DNA from: Eledone cirrhosa
Taxonomy: Eukaryota
Assembly: GCA_964016885.1 (NCBI GenBank)
Contig: OZ024741.1
Coordinates: forward strand, 342,302,001-342,366,000
DNA length: 64,000 bases
Reading direction: 5' to 3'
The notes under the pieces are model-generated. The model did not search any database. It was not told the DNA's origin and worked only from the letters and a program-made list of their open reading frames with translations. This document shows positions 1 to 14,393 of the stretch, in pieces. Made by a program: the position numbers and the translations under genes. The stretch's first letter is position 1, and the number at the start of each line of letters is the position of its first letter.

Positions 1-3000
1 AGGCACATAGACATAAGCAGACAGGCACACAGACATAAGCAGACAGACACACAGACATAAGCAGACAGACACACAGACATAAGCAGACAGGCACACAGAC
101 ATAAGCAGACAGACATACAGACATAAGCAGACAGGCACACAGCCATAAGCAGACAGGCACATAGACATAAGCAGACAGACATACAGACATAAGCAGACAG
201 ACACACAGACATAAGCAGACAGGCACACAGACATAAGCAGACAGGCACACAGACATAAGCAGTCCCACACACAGACATAAGCAGACAGACACACAGACAT
301 AAGCAGACAGGCACACAGACATAAGCAGACAGGCACATAGACATAAGCAGACAGACACACAGACATAAGCAGACAGACATACAGACATAAGCAGACAGGC
401 ACACAGCCATAAGCAGACAGGCACATAGACATAAGCAGACAGACATACAGACATAAGCAGACAGACACACAGACATAAGCAGACAGGCACACAGACATAA
501 GCAGACAGGCACACAGACATAAGCAGTCACACACACAGACATAAGCAGACAGACACACAGACATAAGCAGACAGGCACACAGACATAAGCAGACAGGCAC
601 ATAGACATAAGCAGACAGACACACAGACATAAGCAGACAGACATACAGACATAAGCAGACAGGCACACAGCCATAAGCAGACAGGCACATAGACATAAGC
701 AGACAGACATACAGACATAAGCAGACAGACACACAGACATAAGCAGACAGGCACACAGACATAAGCAGACAGGCACACAGACATAAGCAGTCACACACAC
801 AGACATAAGCAGACACACACACAGACATAAGCAGACACGCACACAGACATAAGCAGACAGACACACAGACATAAGCAGACAGACACACAGACATAAGCAG
901 ACAGGCACACAGACATAAGCAGACACACACACAGACATGAGCAGACAGACACACAGATATAAGCAGACAGGCACACAGCCATAAGCAGACAGGAACATAG
1001 ACATAAGCAGACAGACACACAGACATAAGCAGACAGGCACACAGACATAAGCAGACAGGCACACAGCCATAAGCAGACAGGCACATAGACATAAGCAGAC
1101 AGACACACAGACATAAGCAGACAGACACACGGACATAAGCAGACAGACACATAGACATAAGCAGACAGGCACATAGACATAAGCAGACAGGCACATAGAC
1201 ATAAGCAGACAGACACACAGACATAAGCAGACAGACACACAGACATAAGCAGACACACACAGAGACATAAGCAGACAGGCACACAGACATAAGCAGACAC
1301 ACACACAGATATAAGCAGACAGGCACACAGACATAAGCAGACAGGCACACAGACATAAGCAGACAGACACACAGACATAAGCAGACAGACACACAGACAT
1401 AAGCAGACAAACACACAGACATAAGCAGACAGACACACAGACATAAGCAGACAGACACACAGACATAAGCAGACACACACACAGACATAAGCAGACAGAC
1501 ACACACAGACATAAGCAGACAGACACACAGACATAAGCAGACAGACACACAGACATAAGCAGACAGACACACAGACATAAGCAGACAGTCACATAGACAT
1601 AAGCAGACAGACACATAGACATAAGCAGACAGGCACACAGACATAAGCAGACAGACACACAGACATAAGCAGACAGACACACAGACATAAGCAGACAGAC
1701 ACACAGACATAAGCAGACAGACATAAGCAGACAGACACACAGACATAAGCAGACAGACACACAGACATAAGCAGACAGACACACAGACATAAGCAGACAG
1801 ACATAAGCAGACAGACACACAGACATAAGCAGACAGACACACAGACATAAGCAGACAGGCACACAGACATAAGCAGACAGGCACACAGACATAAGCAGAC
1901 AGGCACACAGACATAAGCAGACAGACACATAGACATAAGCAGACAGGCACATAGACATAAGCAGACAGGCACACAGACATAAGCAGACAGACACACAGAC
2001 ATAAGCAGACAGGCACACAGACATAAGCAGATAGACACACAGACATAAGCAGACAGGCACATAGACATAAGCAGACAGACACACAGACATAAGCAGACAG
2101 ACACACAGACATAAGCAGACACACACACAGACATAAGTAGACAGGCACACAGACATAAGCAGACAGGCACACAGATATAAGCAGACAGGCACACAGACAT
2201 AAGCAGTCACACACACAGACATAAGCAGATACACACAGACATAAGCAGACACACACAGACATAAGCAGACAGGCACACAGACATAAGCAGACAGGCACAC
2301 AGACATAAGCAGACAGGCACACAGACATAAGCAGACAGACACACAGACATAAGAAGACAGACACACAGACATAAGCAGACAGGCACACAGTCATAAGCAG
2401 ACACACACACAGACATGAGCAGACAGACACACAGACATAAGCAGACAGGCACACAGACATAAGCAGACAGGCACACAGCCATAAGCAGACAGACACACAG
2501 ACATAAGCAGACAGGCACACAGACATAAGCAGACAGGCACATAGACATAAGCAGACAGACACACAGACATAAGCAGACAGACATACAGACATAAGCAGAC
2601 AGGCACATAGACATAAGCAGACAGACACACAGACATAAGCAGACAGACACATAGACATAAGCAGACAGACACATAGACATAAGCAGACAGGCACACAGCC
2701 ATAAGCAGACAGACACACAGACATAAGCAGACAGACACACAGACATAAGCAGACAGGCACACAGACATAAGCAGACAGGCACACAGACATAAGCAGACAG
2801 GCACACAGACATAAGCAGTCACACACACAGACATAAGCAGACACACACACAGACATAAGCAGACAGACACACAGACATAAGCAGACAGGCACACAGACAT
2901 AAGCAGACAGGCACATAGACATAAGCAGACAGGCACATAGACATAAGCAGACAGACACACAGACATAAGCAGACAGGCACACAGACATAAGCAGACAGGC

Positions 3001-5490
3001 ACATAGACATAAGCAGACAGACACACAGACATAAGCAGACAGACATACAGACATAAGCAGACAGGCACACAGCCATAAGCAGACAGGCACACAGACATAA
3101 GCAGACAGGCACACAGACATAAGCAGACAGACACACAGACATAAGCAGACAGGCACATAGACATAAGCAGACAGGCACACAGACATAAGCAGACAGGCAC
3201 ATAGACATAAGCAGACAGACACACAGACATAAGCAGACAGACACACAGACATAAGCAGACAGGCACATAGACATAAGCAGACAGGCACACAGACATAAGC
3301 AGACAGGCACACAGACATAAGCAGACAGGCACATAGACATAAGCAGACAGACACACAGACATAAGCAGACAGACACACAGACATAAGCAGACAGGCACAC
3401 AGACATAAGCAGACAGGCACACAGACATAAGCAGACAGGCACACAGACATAAGCAGACAGGCACATAGACATAAGCAGACAGGCACACAGACATAAGCAG
3501 ACAGGCACATAGACATAAGCAGACAGACACACAGACATAAGCAGACAGACACACAGACATAAGCAGACAGGCACACAGACATAAGCAGACAGGCACACAG
3601 ACATAAGCAGACAGGCACATAGACATAAGCAGACAGGCACACAGACATAAGCAGACAGGCACATAGACATAAGCAGACAGACACACAGACATAAGCAGAC
3701 AGACACACAGACATAAGCAGACAGGCACACAGACATAAGCAGACAGGCACACAGACATAAGCAGACAGGCACATAGACATAAGCAGACAGGCACACAGAC
3801 ATAAGCAGACAGGCACATAGACATAAGCAGACAGACACACAGACATAAGCAGACAGGCACATAGACATAAGCAGACAGGCACACAGACATAAGCAGACAG
3901 ACACACAGACATAAGCAGACAGATACACAGACATAAGCAGACACACACACAGACATAAGCAGACAGACACACAGACATAAGCAGACAGACACACAGAGAT
4001 AAGCAGACAGACACATAGACATAAGCAGACAGACACATAGACATAAGCAGACAGACACATAGACATAAGCAGACAGACACACAGACATAAGCAGACAGGC
4101 ACACAGACATAAGCAGACACACACACAGACATAAGCAGACAGGCACACAGACATAAGCAGACAGGCACACAGACATAAGCAGACAGGCACACAGACATAA
4201 GCAGACAGACACACAGACATAAGCAGACATAAGCAGACAGACACACAGACATAAGCAGACAGGCACACAGAGAGGCACGCAGACATAAGCAGACACACAC
4301 ACAGACATAAGCAGACAGACACACAGACATAAGCAGACAGGCACACAGACATAAGCAGACACACACACAGACATAAGCAGACAGACACACAGACATAAGC
4401 AGACAGGCACACAGAGGGGCACGCAGACATAAGCAGACAGACATACAGACATAAGCAGACAGGCACACAGCCATAAGCAGACAGGCACATAGACATAAGC
4501 AGACAGACACACAGACATAAGCAGACAGACACACAGACATAAGCAGACAGACACACAGACATAAGCAGACAGGCACACAGACATAAGCAGACAGGCACAT
4601 AGACATAAGCAGACAGGCACACAGACATAAGCAGACAGGAACATAGACATAAGCAGACAGACACACAGACATAAGCAGACAGACACACAGACATAAGCAG
4701 ACAGACACACAGACATAAGCAGACAGGCACACAGACATAAGCAGACAGGCACACAGACATAAGCAGACAGGCACACAGACATAAGCAGACAGGCACATAG
4801 ACATAAGCAGACAGACACACAGACATAAGCAGACAGGCACACAGACATAAGCAGACAGGCACACAGACATAAGCAGACAGGCACACAGACATAAGCAGAC
4901 AGGCACACAGACATAAGCAGACAGGCACATAGACATAAGCAGACAGACACACAGACATAAGCAGACAGACACACAGACATAAGCAGACAGACACACAGCC
5001 ATAAGCAGACAGGCACATAGACATAAGCAGACAGACACACAGACATAAGCAGACAGGCACACAGACATAAGCAGACAGGCACACAGACATAAGCAGTCAC
5101 ACACACAGACATAAGCAGACACACACACAGACATAAGCAGACACGCACACAGACATAAGCAGACAGACACACAGACATAAGCAGACAGACACACAGACAT
5201 AAGCAGACAGACACACAGACATAAGCAGACAGACACACAGACATAAGCAGACAGGCACACAGACATAAGCAGACAGGCACACAGACATAAGCAGACAGGC
5301 ACACAGACATAAGCAGACAGACACACAGACATAAGCAGACATAAGCAGACAGACACACAGACATAAGCAGACAGGCACACAGACATAAGCAGACAGGCAC
5401 ACAGACATAAGCAGACAGGCACACAGACATAAGCAGACAGACACACAGACAGACACACAGACATAAGCAGACAGGCACACAGACATAGAT
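1..5490. repeat. 22-bp minisatellite (AGACATAAGCAGACAGRCACAC)n, intronic, runs off the window start
   Basis: Unit recurs at 9, 31, 53 etc. The minus-strand ORFs are just its 22-aa (66-bp) translation. Confidence 0.97.
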
Positions 5491-5767
5491 AGGCATACAT
5501 AGACAAACGTACACACGCACTACAGACAGACACCTTTACACCTCCATAAACACACACCCACATACAAACATCTCTATATACAAGCATCTCTACATACACA
5601 CACCTCCACAGAGAAGCATCTCTACATACACACACCTCCACCTACAGACACCTCCGCATACAGACACTACATAAACACACACACAAACTTCTAATGAAAT
5701 GTTTATTGTTCTAAGCATATGTAATTGTGTGTGAATCTGACAGTTTCCCTTTGTCTTCTATTTGCAG

Positions 5768-5996
5768 CCCTTAGTGCCAAACCTGTTCCGTGTTGGCATG
5801 AAACTAGAGGCAGTTGATAAGAAGAACACAAGCTTGATATGTGTGGCGACAGTGTCTGATGTGTTGGGTGACCGCATCTTGATACACTTTGATGGTTGGG
5901 AAGACGTCTATGATTATTGGTGTGACCCTACTTCGCCTTATATCCATTCAGTGGGCTGGTGTAAGGAGAACAATGAAACGCTCTCTCCTCCATGTG
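5768..5996 (+). CDS. l(3)mbt: L3MBTL-like exon, MBT repeat
   Basis: tttgcag| PLVPNLFRVGMKLEAVDKKNTSLICVATVSDVLGDRILIHFDGWEDVYDYWCDPTSPYIHSVGWCKENNETLSPPC |gtaagt; canonical MBT motifs. Confidence 0.95.
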
Positions 5997-6519
5997 GTAA
6001 GTCTTCCTCTAACCTCACAAAAAGAAATGTTAATTTTTTAGTAATTTAAGAATTTAAGAATCTTAAGTTATGTTTCAAACACCAAGCTAGCTTTTTGAAT
6101 TACAAATACAACTGATTTTTGCCAGCTGAGTGGACTGGAGCAAAGTGAAATAAAGTATCTTGCTCAAGGACACAATGTGCTACTTAGAATCAAACTCATG
6201 ATTCTGAGTGAGAAGAGCAAGCAATTATATCGAGCTAGGGGCCTGCATCTCACTTACATATGCTCCTTCACTTGACTGTGTACATTTTATCATGGAACCA
6301 GCATGTGGGATATATAAATACATATAAAACTAAAGACAATCTTCAAAAAGGTTATATCCGAACCTATGTAAGCATGGATAAAGTGGATATAAAAATAATA
6401 TATTTGACAAGGTACTGGTCTACTCAAGGCTATAGTAGAAGCCAGTTGTGTGTGTGAGCAAGTAAAGATGTAGATATATTATTTTATTTTATATTCTTTA
6501 AAATGTTTTTTGTTTTCAG

Positions 6520-6605
6520 ATTGGAAAGATTCATTAAACTTCAGCTGGGAACGTTATCTTTCAGAGAAAAATGCTACGACTGTACCTGCTCGAGCCTTTC
6601 GACCT
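6520..6605 (+). CDS. l(3)mbt: L3MBTL-like exon, N-terminal arm of the next MBT repeat
   Basis: ttttcag| (D)WKDSLNFSWERYLSEKNATTVPARAFRP |gtaagt; FSWxxYL...PxxAF motif; phase 1-0. Confidence 0.93.
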
Positions 6606-7634
6606 GTAAGTAGTCTTTTCTTTGGTGATTAATGTTTCTTTAGTTTAGATACAAACACATACTTACATATCTATGTTTGTTTGTATGAACCCATAACTTC
6701 TAATGGAGTCATAGGGGTGCTGTCATAGTCTGTCTTGAGCATTTGAAACCTGGCAGAGCCTATCCCCTCTCCAGATCTGAACACTCCAATTTCCTCCAGA
6801 GAAGGAGAGAGAGAGAGAGATTCACATATAGCTACCTGCATACATATGGTTCTGCTCGATCAGAAGATCCTTTTTTACACAACTATCATCACCATCATCA
6901 TCTTCATCCAACATAAATACTTATTATTTATACACAGTTGCTTTGGTATAGGTGAGGGTCTCTGCATCCACAGCTGAATGGAATAACATTCTAAAACACT
7001 AAGAATTATTGGCAAACTTTTTTTTTCCAGCTTGTGATATTTAAGATGTTTTGGGAGAGCTGAGCTGCTGACAACGAGGTTCTTGTCATTGTTGGCAGCT
7101 CACCTTATCCAGGTATCAAGTGTTGCCTATAAGGGTGCTTAGCTCTTCCAGTATCTTAGCCTTGCGTTCTCACCCATGGCAACTGTTCTCTGTTTTGGGA
7201 GAAATGGATGCTGTAGGTGGCCTCTCATAGCTCTTCTCAATGTGCAACTTAGCAAACACATGGACAGACAATCAGAGAGAGAGAGAATCAACCCCAGTAT
7301 TTGACTGGTACTTTATTTATTGAACCTGAAAAAAATGGAAGGCAAAGTTGACCTCAGCAGGATTTCAACTCTGCAAAGAGGTTGAACAAATGTTGCAAGA
7401 CATTCTTTCTGTTCAGTTCTCCAATGGTTCAGCCTTTGATGACTGTAGCTATGTGGAAAATTGTGATGAGAAAACCTTTTTGACTCTTTTGATACTGTAT
7501 TTCTAATTAAATACTTAGTGTCTTAATTGATGAAGAATTTGGAAGGGTTTACTAATGGCATTTGTAATATTAAAAAAAAATGTTCTTAGATAAAATTATG
7601 TTAGAAAGTTTTAATTTAAATAAGAATCCTTTAA

Positions 7635-7851
7635 CTCTTTAGCATTTACATTACTCTATATTTAACTCTTATATTTTCATGGTAAAGGATCTCATATAAT
7701 TATCTCACATAATATTGAATCTAGAGATTTTGATATTATTTATTTTGAGAACAATACCTTAACATCAGTATGAGCAGCCAGTTACAGCGAGTTTGAATAG
7801 AAAGAGGTGAGATAATTCTGGCCAGATATGGCTGGTTTAAATGCTAAAGGG
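7635..7851. mobile_element. piggyBac-type MITE (TTAA TSD); related partial copies at about 24493-24622 and 25672-25890
   Basis: TTAA|ctctttagcattta ... taaatgctaaaggg|TTAA; 14-bp TIR with one mismatch. Confidence 0.8.
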
Positions 7852-7940
7852 TTAAAATGGGTGGTTTCTTCCATTGGGCAGGTTGGTATTAAAAGTGTTA
7901 AGTCTTTTTTTAATACTTTCAATTTTTATCCCAAATACAG

Positions 7941-8166
7941 CGTGCCCCTGTGAATTTTGAGGAAGGCATGAAAATTGAAGTGGTTGACAAACGTAACCCC
8001 ATTCTTATACGTGTTGCTACAATAGCCACAACGTCGAAGCATCGAGTGAAGATTCACTTTGATGGCTGGTTAGATATCTATGACTACTGGTTGGACGATG
8101 ATAGTCCAGACATACATCCACCTGGCTGGTGTAACCGAACTGGACATATTTTACAGCCTCCTATTG
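7941..8166 (+). CDS. l(3)mbt: L3MBTL-like exon, MBT repeat core
   Basis: atacag| RAPVNFEEGMKIEVVDKRNPILIRVATIA...KIHFDGWLDIYDYWLDDDSPDIHPPGWCNRTGHILQPPI |gtaagt. Confidence 0.95.
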
Positions 8167-8374
8167 GTAAGTCACCATCCACTATGTTTTACTCCACTGT
8201 GTTGTTCTGGTCAGTTACACTGATTCAGCTTAATTCTTGGGTCTGTATGTGTTTGTGTGTGTGAGGTATGGAGAGTGAGAGACAAAGAGGAAGAGGGAAA
8301 GAGTGGGAGAGAGATTGTGTGAGAGAGGGTGAGGCAGAGAGGAGAAGAATGAGAGGTAGAAAGGTGTGTTAGAG

Positions 8375-8560
8375 CAGGCATGTCAAACTGGGAGTCCCCT
8401 GAGGGACACGTGGTTCACATATGTGTTGTCTGACAACTAATTGTGCACATTACAACAATTATTTTATTTTATATTACAAAAATAAAACATGCTTTCGCTG
8501 TAAAAGCCTTTGTGCGGGACGCAGGTGTGTTTGTAAAGGGCCGCATGTTTGACATGTCTG
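8375..8560. mobile_element. hAT-superfamily MITE
   Basis: TIRs CAGGCATGTCAAAC / GTTTGACATGTCTG with a perfect 8-bp TSD TGTTAGAG (8367-8374 and 8561-8568). Confidence 0.88.
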
Positions 8561-8792
8561 TGTTAGAGAGTTTGTGAAGATGCATGTATTGGTTCACAAT
8601 CATGAGGCTGTGAGTTTGATTCCAGGACCAGGCAGTGCATTGTGTCCTTGAGCAAGACACTTTATTTCATGTTGCCCCAGTTCTCTCAGCTGGCAAATGA
8701 GTTGTGTCATTGGAGCCAAACTGTATTGGCTTTTCCCTGGGGGGGTTCTTCTATAAAAAAAAAACAAAGCAGTTTGTCATGAATTGTGCCTC

Positions 8793-8829
<37 letters not shown>

Positions 8830-9049
8830 TTCCTAACTTCAACATACCATGACCGAAGGGGATCTCCTCATTGAAAGTTTGAGTAATTAGGTGTGTATGT
8901 GTGTTAGAATGGAATAACAATTTTCGTGACTAATTAAGGAAAATTTGAAACAAAATTTGCCTCCCTACATTTTATACCAACTCACAACAGCTCAAGTTTG
9001 TATAGGCACATCAACTAATTGAACTATGATTTCTATTTGTCTGTTAAAG

Positions 9050-9152
9050 GTCCTGGAGACCTGACTCCTGTTCAAGGCCAAGGTGGATGTCCTACACCTG
9101 GGTGCAAAGGTATTGGTCACATTAAAGGTGCTAAATATGCTGGACATCATAG
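9050..9152 (+). CDS. l(3)mbt: L3MBTL-like exon, first CCHHC zinc finger (N-terminal part)
   Basis: ttaaag| (G)PGDLTPVQGQGGCPTPGCKGIGHIKGAKYAGHH(S) |gtaagt. Confidence 0.93.
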
Positions 9153-9182
9153 GTAAGTTGAGGTCATTATTCTACACTGAAG

Positions 9183-9402
9183 TGTGGTGGATTGGCATCA
9201 TCGGTAGAGAGTCGGACACTATGCTTTGCAGCATAGAGTTACGGCCCTTTGCGGTCTGAGTTCAAATCCCGCTCAGGTTAACTTTGCTTTTCATCCTTAC
9301 AGGGTCAATAAAATAAAGCACCAGTAACGTACTGGGGTCGATTTAATCGACTCCCCTCTCCCCCCAAATTACTGGCCTTGTGCCTATACTAGAAATGATT
9401 AT
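9183..9402 (+). mobile_element. tRNA-derived SINE, family A (resembles octopus OK/OR-type SINEs)
   Basis: A-box-like TGGCATCATCGG, B-box GAGTTCAAATCCC, conserved body gcctttcatcc...aataaagtaccag...ggccttgtgccta, ATT tail; many copies in the window. Confidence 0.8.
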
Positions 9403-9544
9403 TCTACAATTTTATATATTCCTTATTTTATGTTTCTCTGATAATTTTTGATAAAAAAAAACATGGACACTGTTGTGTTATATTTGGTCTACAATGGTAT
9501 TTTGAGTTTAGTCTTGCTAAGTCTAAGTCTAAAGTTTGTCTTAA

Positions 9545-9810
9545 GCCATTTAAGGCTTGTTAGGCTGGTGGTGCTTATCCCGGTTTCATGGTGTGAAGTG
9601 ACTGAGAGTAGAAGACTGCCCCCTGGACAGGATGCCAGTCCATCGCAGGGTTAAACCTCACAGCTATTGCTGATCCTCATTTTCAGTTGAGTATACTGGA
9701 GCAACGTCAAATGAAGTGTTTTGCTCAAGAACACAACACGCAACCCAGCCCAGGAATCAAACCTACGACATTATGATCATAAGTCCAACACTCTTACCAC
9801 TAGGCCAGCT
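9545..9810 (-). mobile_element. tRNA-derived SINE, family B variant; similar copy at 17700-17955
   Basis: On the minus strand: tggcctagtggtaagagtgttggac...gtttgattcctggg...ttcttgagcaaaacacttc. Confidence 0.7.
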
Positions 9811-10118
9811 ATCTAAGTAAATTTGATTGGCTATTACTGTTCAATTCAATAATTATTTTACAATTTGACACACTGCATATGTGTGCCATTTAGCTTAATG
9901 GTTAGTGAAGCTGTCAGTTGGTATCTGAATGATAGGAGGTTCGATTCCCCATTGCAACCGCTGGCCACATTTTTCCATCTATGAGTCATTACCCAATTTT
10001 CTAAGCTATTTATAGCAACCAACTATATTTACAATTAATATCAAATTTTATTTAATTTCATTACATATATAAATTGTGATTCTAGTTTGATTATTCTCTC
10101 TCTTTCCCTCCCTTTCAG

Positions 10119-10274
10119 TGCATCTGGTTGTTCCTATTCCCATTTGAATTTGAACAAAGAGACAACGTTACAGGACCGGTTAGGTTCAACTCGAGTTGAA
10201 GAAGGAACAAGCACCCCTATTGGACAGCGACCAGCCAGAGCTATAGAACCAGCAACGGTGACGTTGGAGATGTC
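10119..10274 (+). CDS. l(3)mbt: L3MBTL-like exon, completes the first CCHHC finger plus linker
   Basis: ctttcag| (S)ASGCSYSHLNLNKETTLQDRLGSTRVEEG...VTLEM(S) |gtgagt; phase 2-2. Confidence 0.88.
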
Positions 10275-11445
10275 GTGAGTTTAATCCCTTTTTTTTTTTG
10301 CCTCCCAACCTATCTTCCTTTCTTTTTTTCATCTTTCTTTTCTTGTAACTTTAGTGTAAAGTGTCTGTGTATGAACAGGTTGGATGCCAGACAGTGTTTG
10401 TATATTCACTTAGAAGTGTAATCACTTTGTCAGTTATGGTTCCTTGTGAAAATAATTGTTTTAATTTTAAAATGTTCTACAAAATGGGGCCCTTATTCCA
10501 TGGACCTTTAAGTGCATATGTGTTGTGCCTTAATCCTTTTGTTATTATATTTCTGCCAATGTGTTTTAATTAATTTTGAATATAGTCAACAATTTTCAGG
10601 AATTAAGTAAAATAACTAAATCTTTCATTAGCAAGCTGAAATTTGGAACATTATGTAACAAAATTTTCTTGCATAAAATTATGATGGCAGGATTTAATAT
10701 AAGTATGAACATTTTAAAACAGGTAGTTTTATATCATAGTACAGGGGCAATTTCAAGTGGTTTGATATTTATGTGGTTCATAAAATACAAAGGGAAATCT
10801 GTTAACTGAATGAAATGACTGAAAGAAGTGAAGCAGGAGTTTTTAAGACATGTATAGAAATTCAGAATTCTTTATAGTTACTAGCAAAGACGAAATAAGA
10901 TAATTTCAGGATGTGGAGGTATTGACTTGTGATTGTAATTTAATATGGTGATAAATGGTACACAGGCTAGAGGTATCTAATACTGATAGTAAGAGATCAT
11001 TGCTAGAGTTAAAGTTGGTTGTGATATTGTGGCTGTGAATGTCAACAAATGTAGTTTATTAAACTAAAGAGAAAATATGATAAAAACTGTACGATATATA
11101 TGGCAATAAGGAAAGAGAAAGAGATAGAAAAGAAAAAGAAAAAAGGAATCAAGCAATGAAAGAAAGGGAAGGAGCGACGGACTGTATGCCCCAGTTGCGG
11201 TGTGTTTCAGCTGCACCTTGTGGACAAAATGATGGCGGCATTGCTGCGGAGAATAGCTAGCGACACCTGCTGCAACAGCCATCTTACTTCATGGGGCTCC
11301 CTTTTCAGGTGCGCTGCTGTCTTTCTGATTTTACGGAAGAAAACAGAAGTTCAGGGACCAAGGACACCTAAGGTCACCACGCCAGCTGGCATAAAAAGGG
11401 GTGTCAGTTGTACTCAGTATGATAAATGATAATCACAGAAATTGG

Positions 11446-11801
11446 ACGTAGTAGTGGTTGGTATGTGACATTGTGGGGGTTGGTATGTGACATAGTAGTG
11501 GTTGGTATGTGATGTTGTGGTGGTTGGTATGTGACATTGTGGTGGTTGGTATGTGACGTAGTTGTGGTTGGTATGTGACGTTGTGGTGGTTGGTATGTGA
11601 CATAGTAGTGGTTGGTATGTGACATAGTAGTGGTTGGTATGTGATGTTGTGGTGGTTGGTATGTGACATTGTGGTGGTTGGTATGTGACGTAGTAGTGGT
11701 TGGTATGTGACGTTGTGGTGGTTGGTATGTGACATTGTGGTGGTTGGTATGTGTTGTAGTGGCGGTTGGTATGTGACATTGTGGTGGTTGGTATGTGACA
11801 T
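11446..11801. repeat. 22-bp minisatellite (GTATGTGACRTWGTRGTGGTTG)n, about 16 copies
   Basis: Directly visible tandem units. Confidence 0.93.
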
Positions 11802-12360
11802 AGAGATAGGTATAGAAGTACAGGTATGTACAGTAAGTACAGTAGTGACTGATGTGTGTGTGTAAGAGATAGAAAGAGAAAAGGTATGTGAGAGGGAGAG
11901 AGAGAGATAGCAAGTGTGTGTATATGAGTGTGAGAATGAAAGAGAGACTGTGTGTGTGTAAATAAATTTTGCCTCCTTTAGAATTGTGTTGTATTCTGAA
12001 AAGGGGAAATAAGTTTAAATTTGTCTTATTTTACGCATGAATTATTTAATTTGTTTTTAAATTACATATTTATATGAAATATATCAGAGGACTTCCGTAA
12101 TTAGTAGTGTGTACTAAATGTAGTTGGGCGCTGTAGTTGGTGGTGGTGGTGACAATGGTGGTGGTGGTGGTGGTAGTGGTGACAATGGTGGTGGGTGCTT
12201 GTCTCTTATTTCTGGGTGTGTAACTGTTTTTCTATGAACTTCAATAGGCCAGTATGTATGCATATTTGTTTGTGTGTGTGTGCACGTACGTGCACATGCA
12301 TTTCCACATTTGGATGTGTGCATGTGTTTTGCATTCATATATATATATATATATATACAT

Positions 12361-12447
<87 letters not shown>

Positions 12448-12448
<1 letters not shown>

Positions 12449-13197
12449 TAGCAGAATGGCCCGGCGTTGCTCGGGCTTCTAAACATAGATTGGCATGTTT
12501 ATCCCTCCTTTCTGAAACAGTACAGAGAAGTACGGAATACCTCGGCCTAGGGATGGTGTCTACATTTTGTGCTTATAAAAAAAATTTGTAGATTACCAGG
12601 GGTTTAACTTAATTGGGTGCCTGAGAGTAAAATGTTCAACCCACGAAAGCCAAGATGATAGGGTTAAGTAAAAAGGCATTCGACAAACCGAACATATATT
12701 TGTTGTGCTATGGTACAATGAAAGTTACAGAGCAGTAAGCATGTGGGACTGCAGTGGTGGAGAGCATGAAGGAATTTAGTTGGATACTTTTAAGGTTACA
12801 AAAATTTACCCAATCTGATATACACTGAACTGTTATATCGGATGCCGAACGCTTCGGAGTTACTATTGGGGTCACCATCAATAATTTCAAGGGATGTACG
12901 TTTAAGTAGGGATAATATAGTCTATAAAGAGAGGTAACTCTTTCAAAATACTAAAGAGTTGTCTCTCTTGAACATTGTAGACAAAATTGCCGACAAAAAG
13001 GGCTTAAAGTTTTAGTGAAAAAAACGCCTTTAACAACAGAAAATTGAAAAATAAAAGCTGCAGTTAACATCTTTAGACTGCAAGGAATATATAAATGCAA
13101 GTTTGAAGTCAATCGGAGTAGAAATGTGGATTTTAAAAGACTTTGCAAAAATTAGAACACACACACAGACAATTTCAGTTTTATATATATGTATAGA
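12448..13197 (-). mobile_element. Non-autonomous Helitron
   Basis: Minus strand: A|TCTATACATATATATAAAACTG...(GT-rich microsatellite)... CCCGAGCAACGCCGGG hairpin ..CTAG|T; A/T target, no TSD. Confidence 0.82.
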
Positions 13198-14393
13198 TAT
13201 ATATATAATGTATGTTTGAGCAAGATGTTGTCACCTGATCTAACCTATGCTAATGTGGAAAATGGATGTTAAATGGTGATGATGATGTGTGTTTTGGGGG
13301 TTCGTTTGGGTGTGTGTGTGATGTATAATTTCTTCTCTCATGTCTCCTCAATCCCCCACTTCTATCTTTACAACTCTCTCCTCATGGCAGTCATTTTCTG
13401 TTTTCATCTCTCACATCCCCATTTCTCTCCTGTCTTGCACCTCTACCCTCCCACCTGTCAAGCCCCCCCCCCATCTTGCATCCCCACCTCCACCTACCTC
13501 TCACTATGAACTCACCCCTCACCCCGCCATCTTGCACCTCTATTCAGTCTCACATTTGCTGCCTCATAGCTCTCTCTTTCCACTTTGCAGCCCCACTCCT
13601 CCCCCCTGTTTACCCCCCCCCCCATTTTGTACCACATCCCCTTGTGTCACCCACCCTCACTTTCACATCATCTACACACCATACTGTCAACCCTCCACAC
13701 TTTTCACCCTCAAATCTTTACTGTATATGAATTTCTTTATCTGTATAGGTTGGATGGGTGTTCAAATATAGACTTTTCACATGAAAATGTTGCAACAAAT
13801 GTTTTTTACAGCTGGATGGCCTGCACATTCCTAAGGCTCCCCAACTAGTCTATCAAACATCTACCCTACCAACCAACCAACCAACCATAAAGAGGAGATG
13901 GTGGTGGTTGCTATTTTTTTTCTTTTCAGCCAGTTACATCATTTGAGATGAATAAGACATTGTCACTATCATTGCCATTGTCCTCATTACACCATCACAA
14001 TCACTTTCATCATTGCCACCATCACCACCATTATCACCACCACCACCACCATTACCCACCACCATTAGCATCACCACTAACCCCCTCATAACAAACAATC
14101 TGTTAAAAACACATCCTTGATCACTGACAGACAGTCTGCCACTCTCCATTCCTCTTAGTTTTCCTCCTCACTGTGTTGAAGTTTCCAGCCTGTCATTAAT
14201 ATTGTTCCTTTCTGGTGTATTTTTTCTTTTTAGTCTCTGTTTTCTGAGCCTGTCATTGTTGTTTATGTTGTTTAACTCATGTCAGCTGTGATTAAGCAGA
14301 CCTATGATCAAAGGTGTTCCAACCATGGCCAGCATAGCCCAACCCAGCTTATTTTTATATCAGGGACTATATCACCCAATTAATCCTTCTATA

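Noticed and set aside
527-5641. Long Cys/Val/Leu-rich ORFs (up to 940 aa)
   Set aside because: Translations of the 22-bp satellite, open in several frames; no protein-like complexity
8845-8895. Possible decayed hammerhead (ccgaagggg...gaaagtttgagtaattagg); also CTGAAGA at about 61963
   Set aside because: Core nucleotides mutated or stems cannot be formed
9183-9402. tRNA gene candidates (A/B boxes)
   Set aside because: Heads of multi-copy SINEs; no cloverleaf can be drawn
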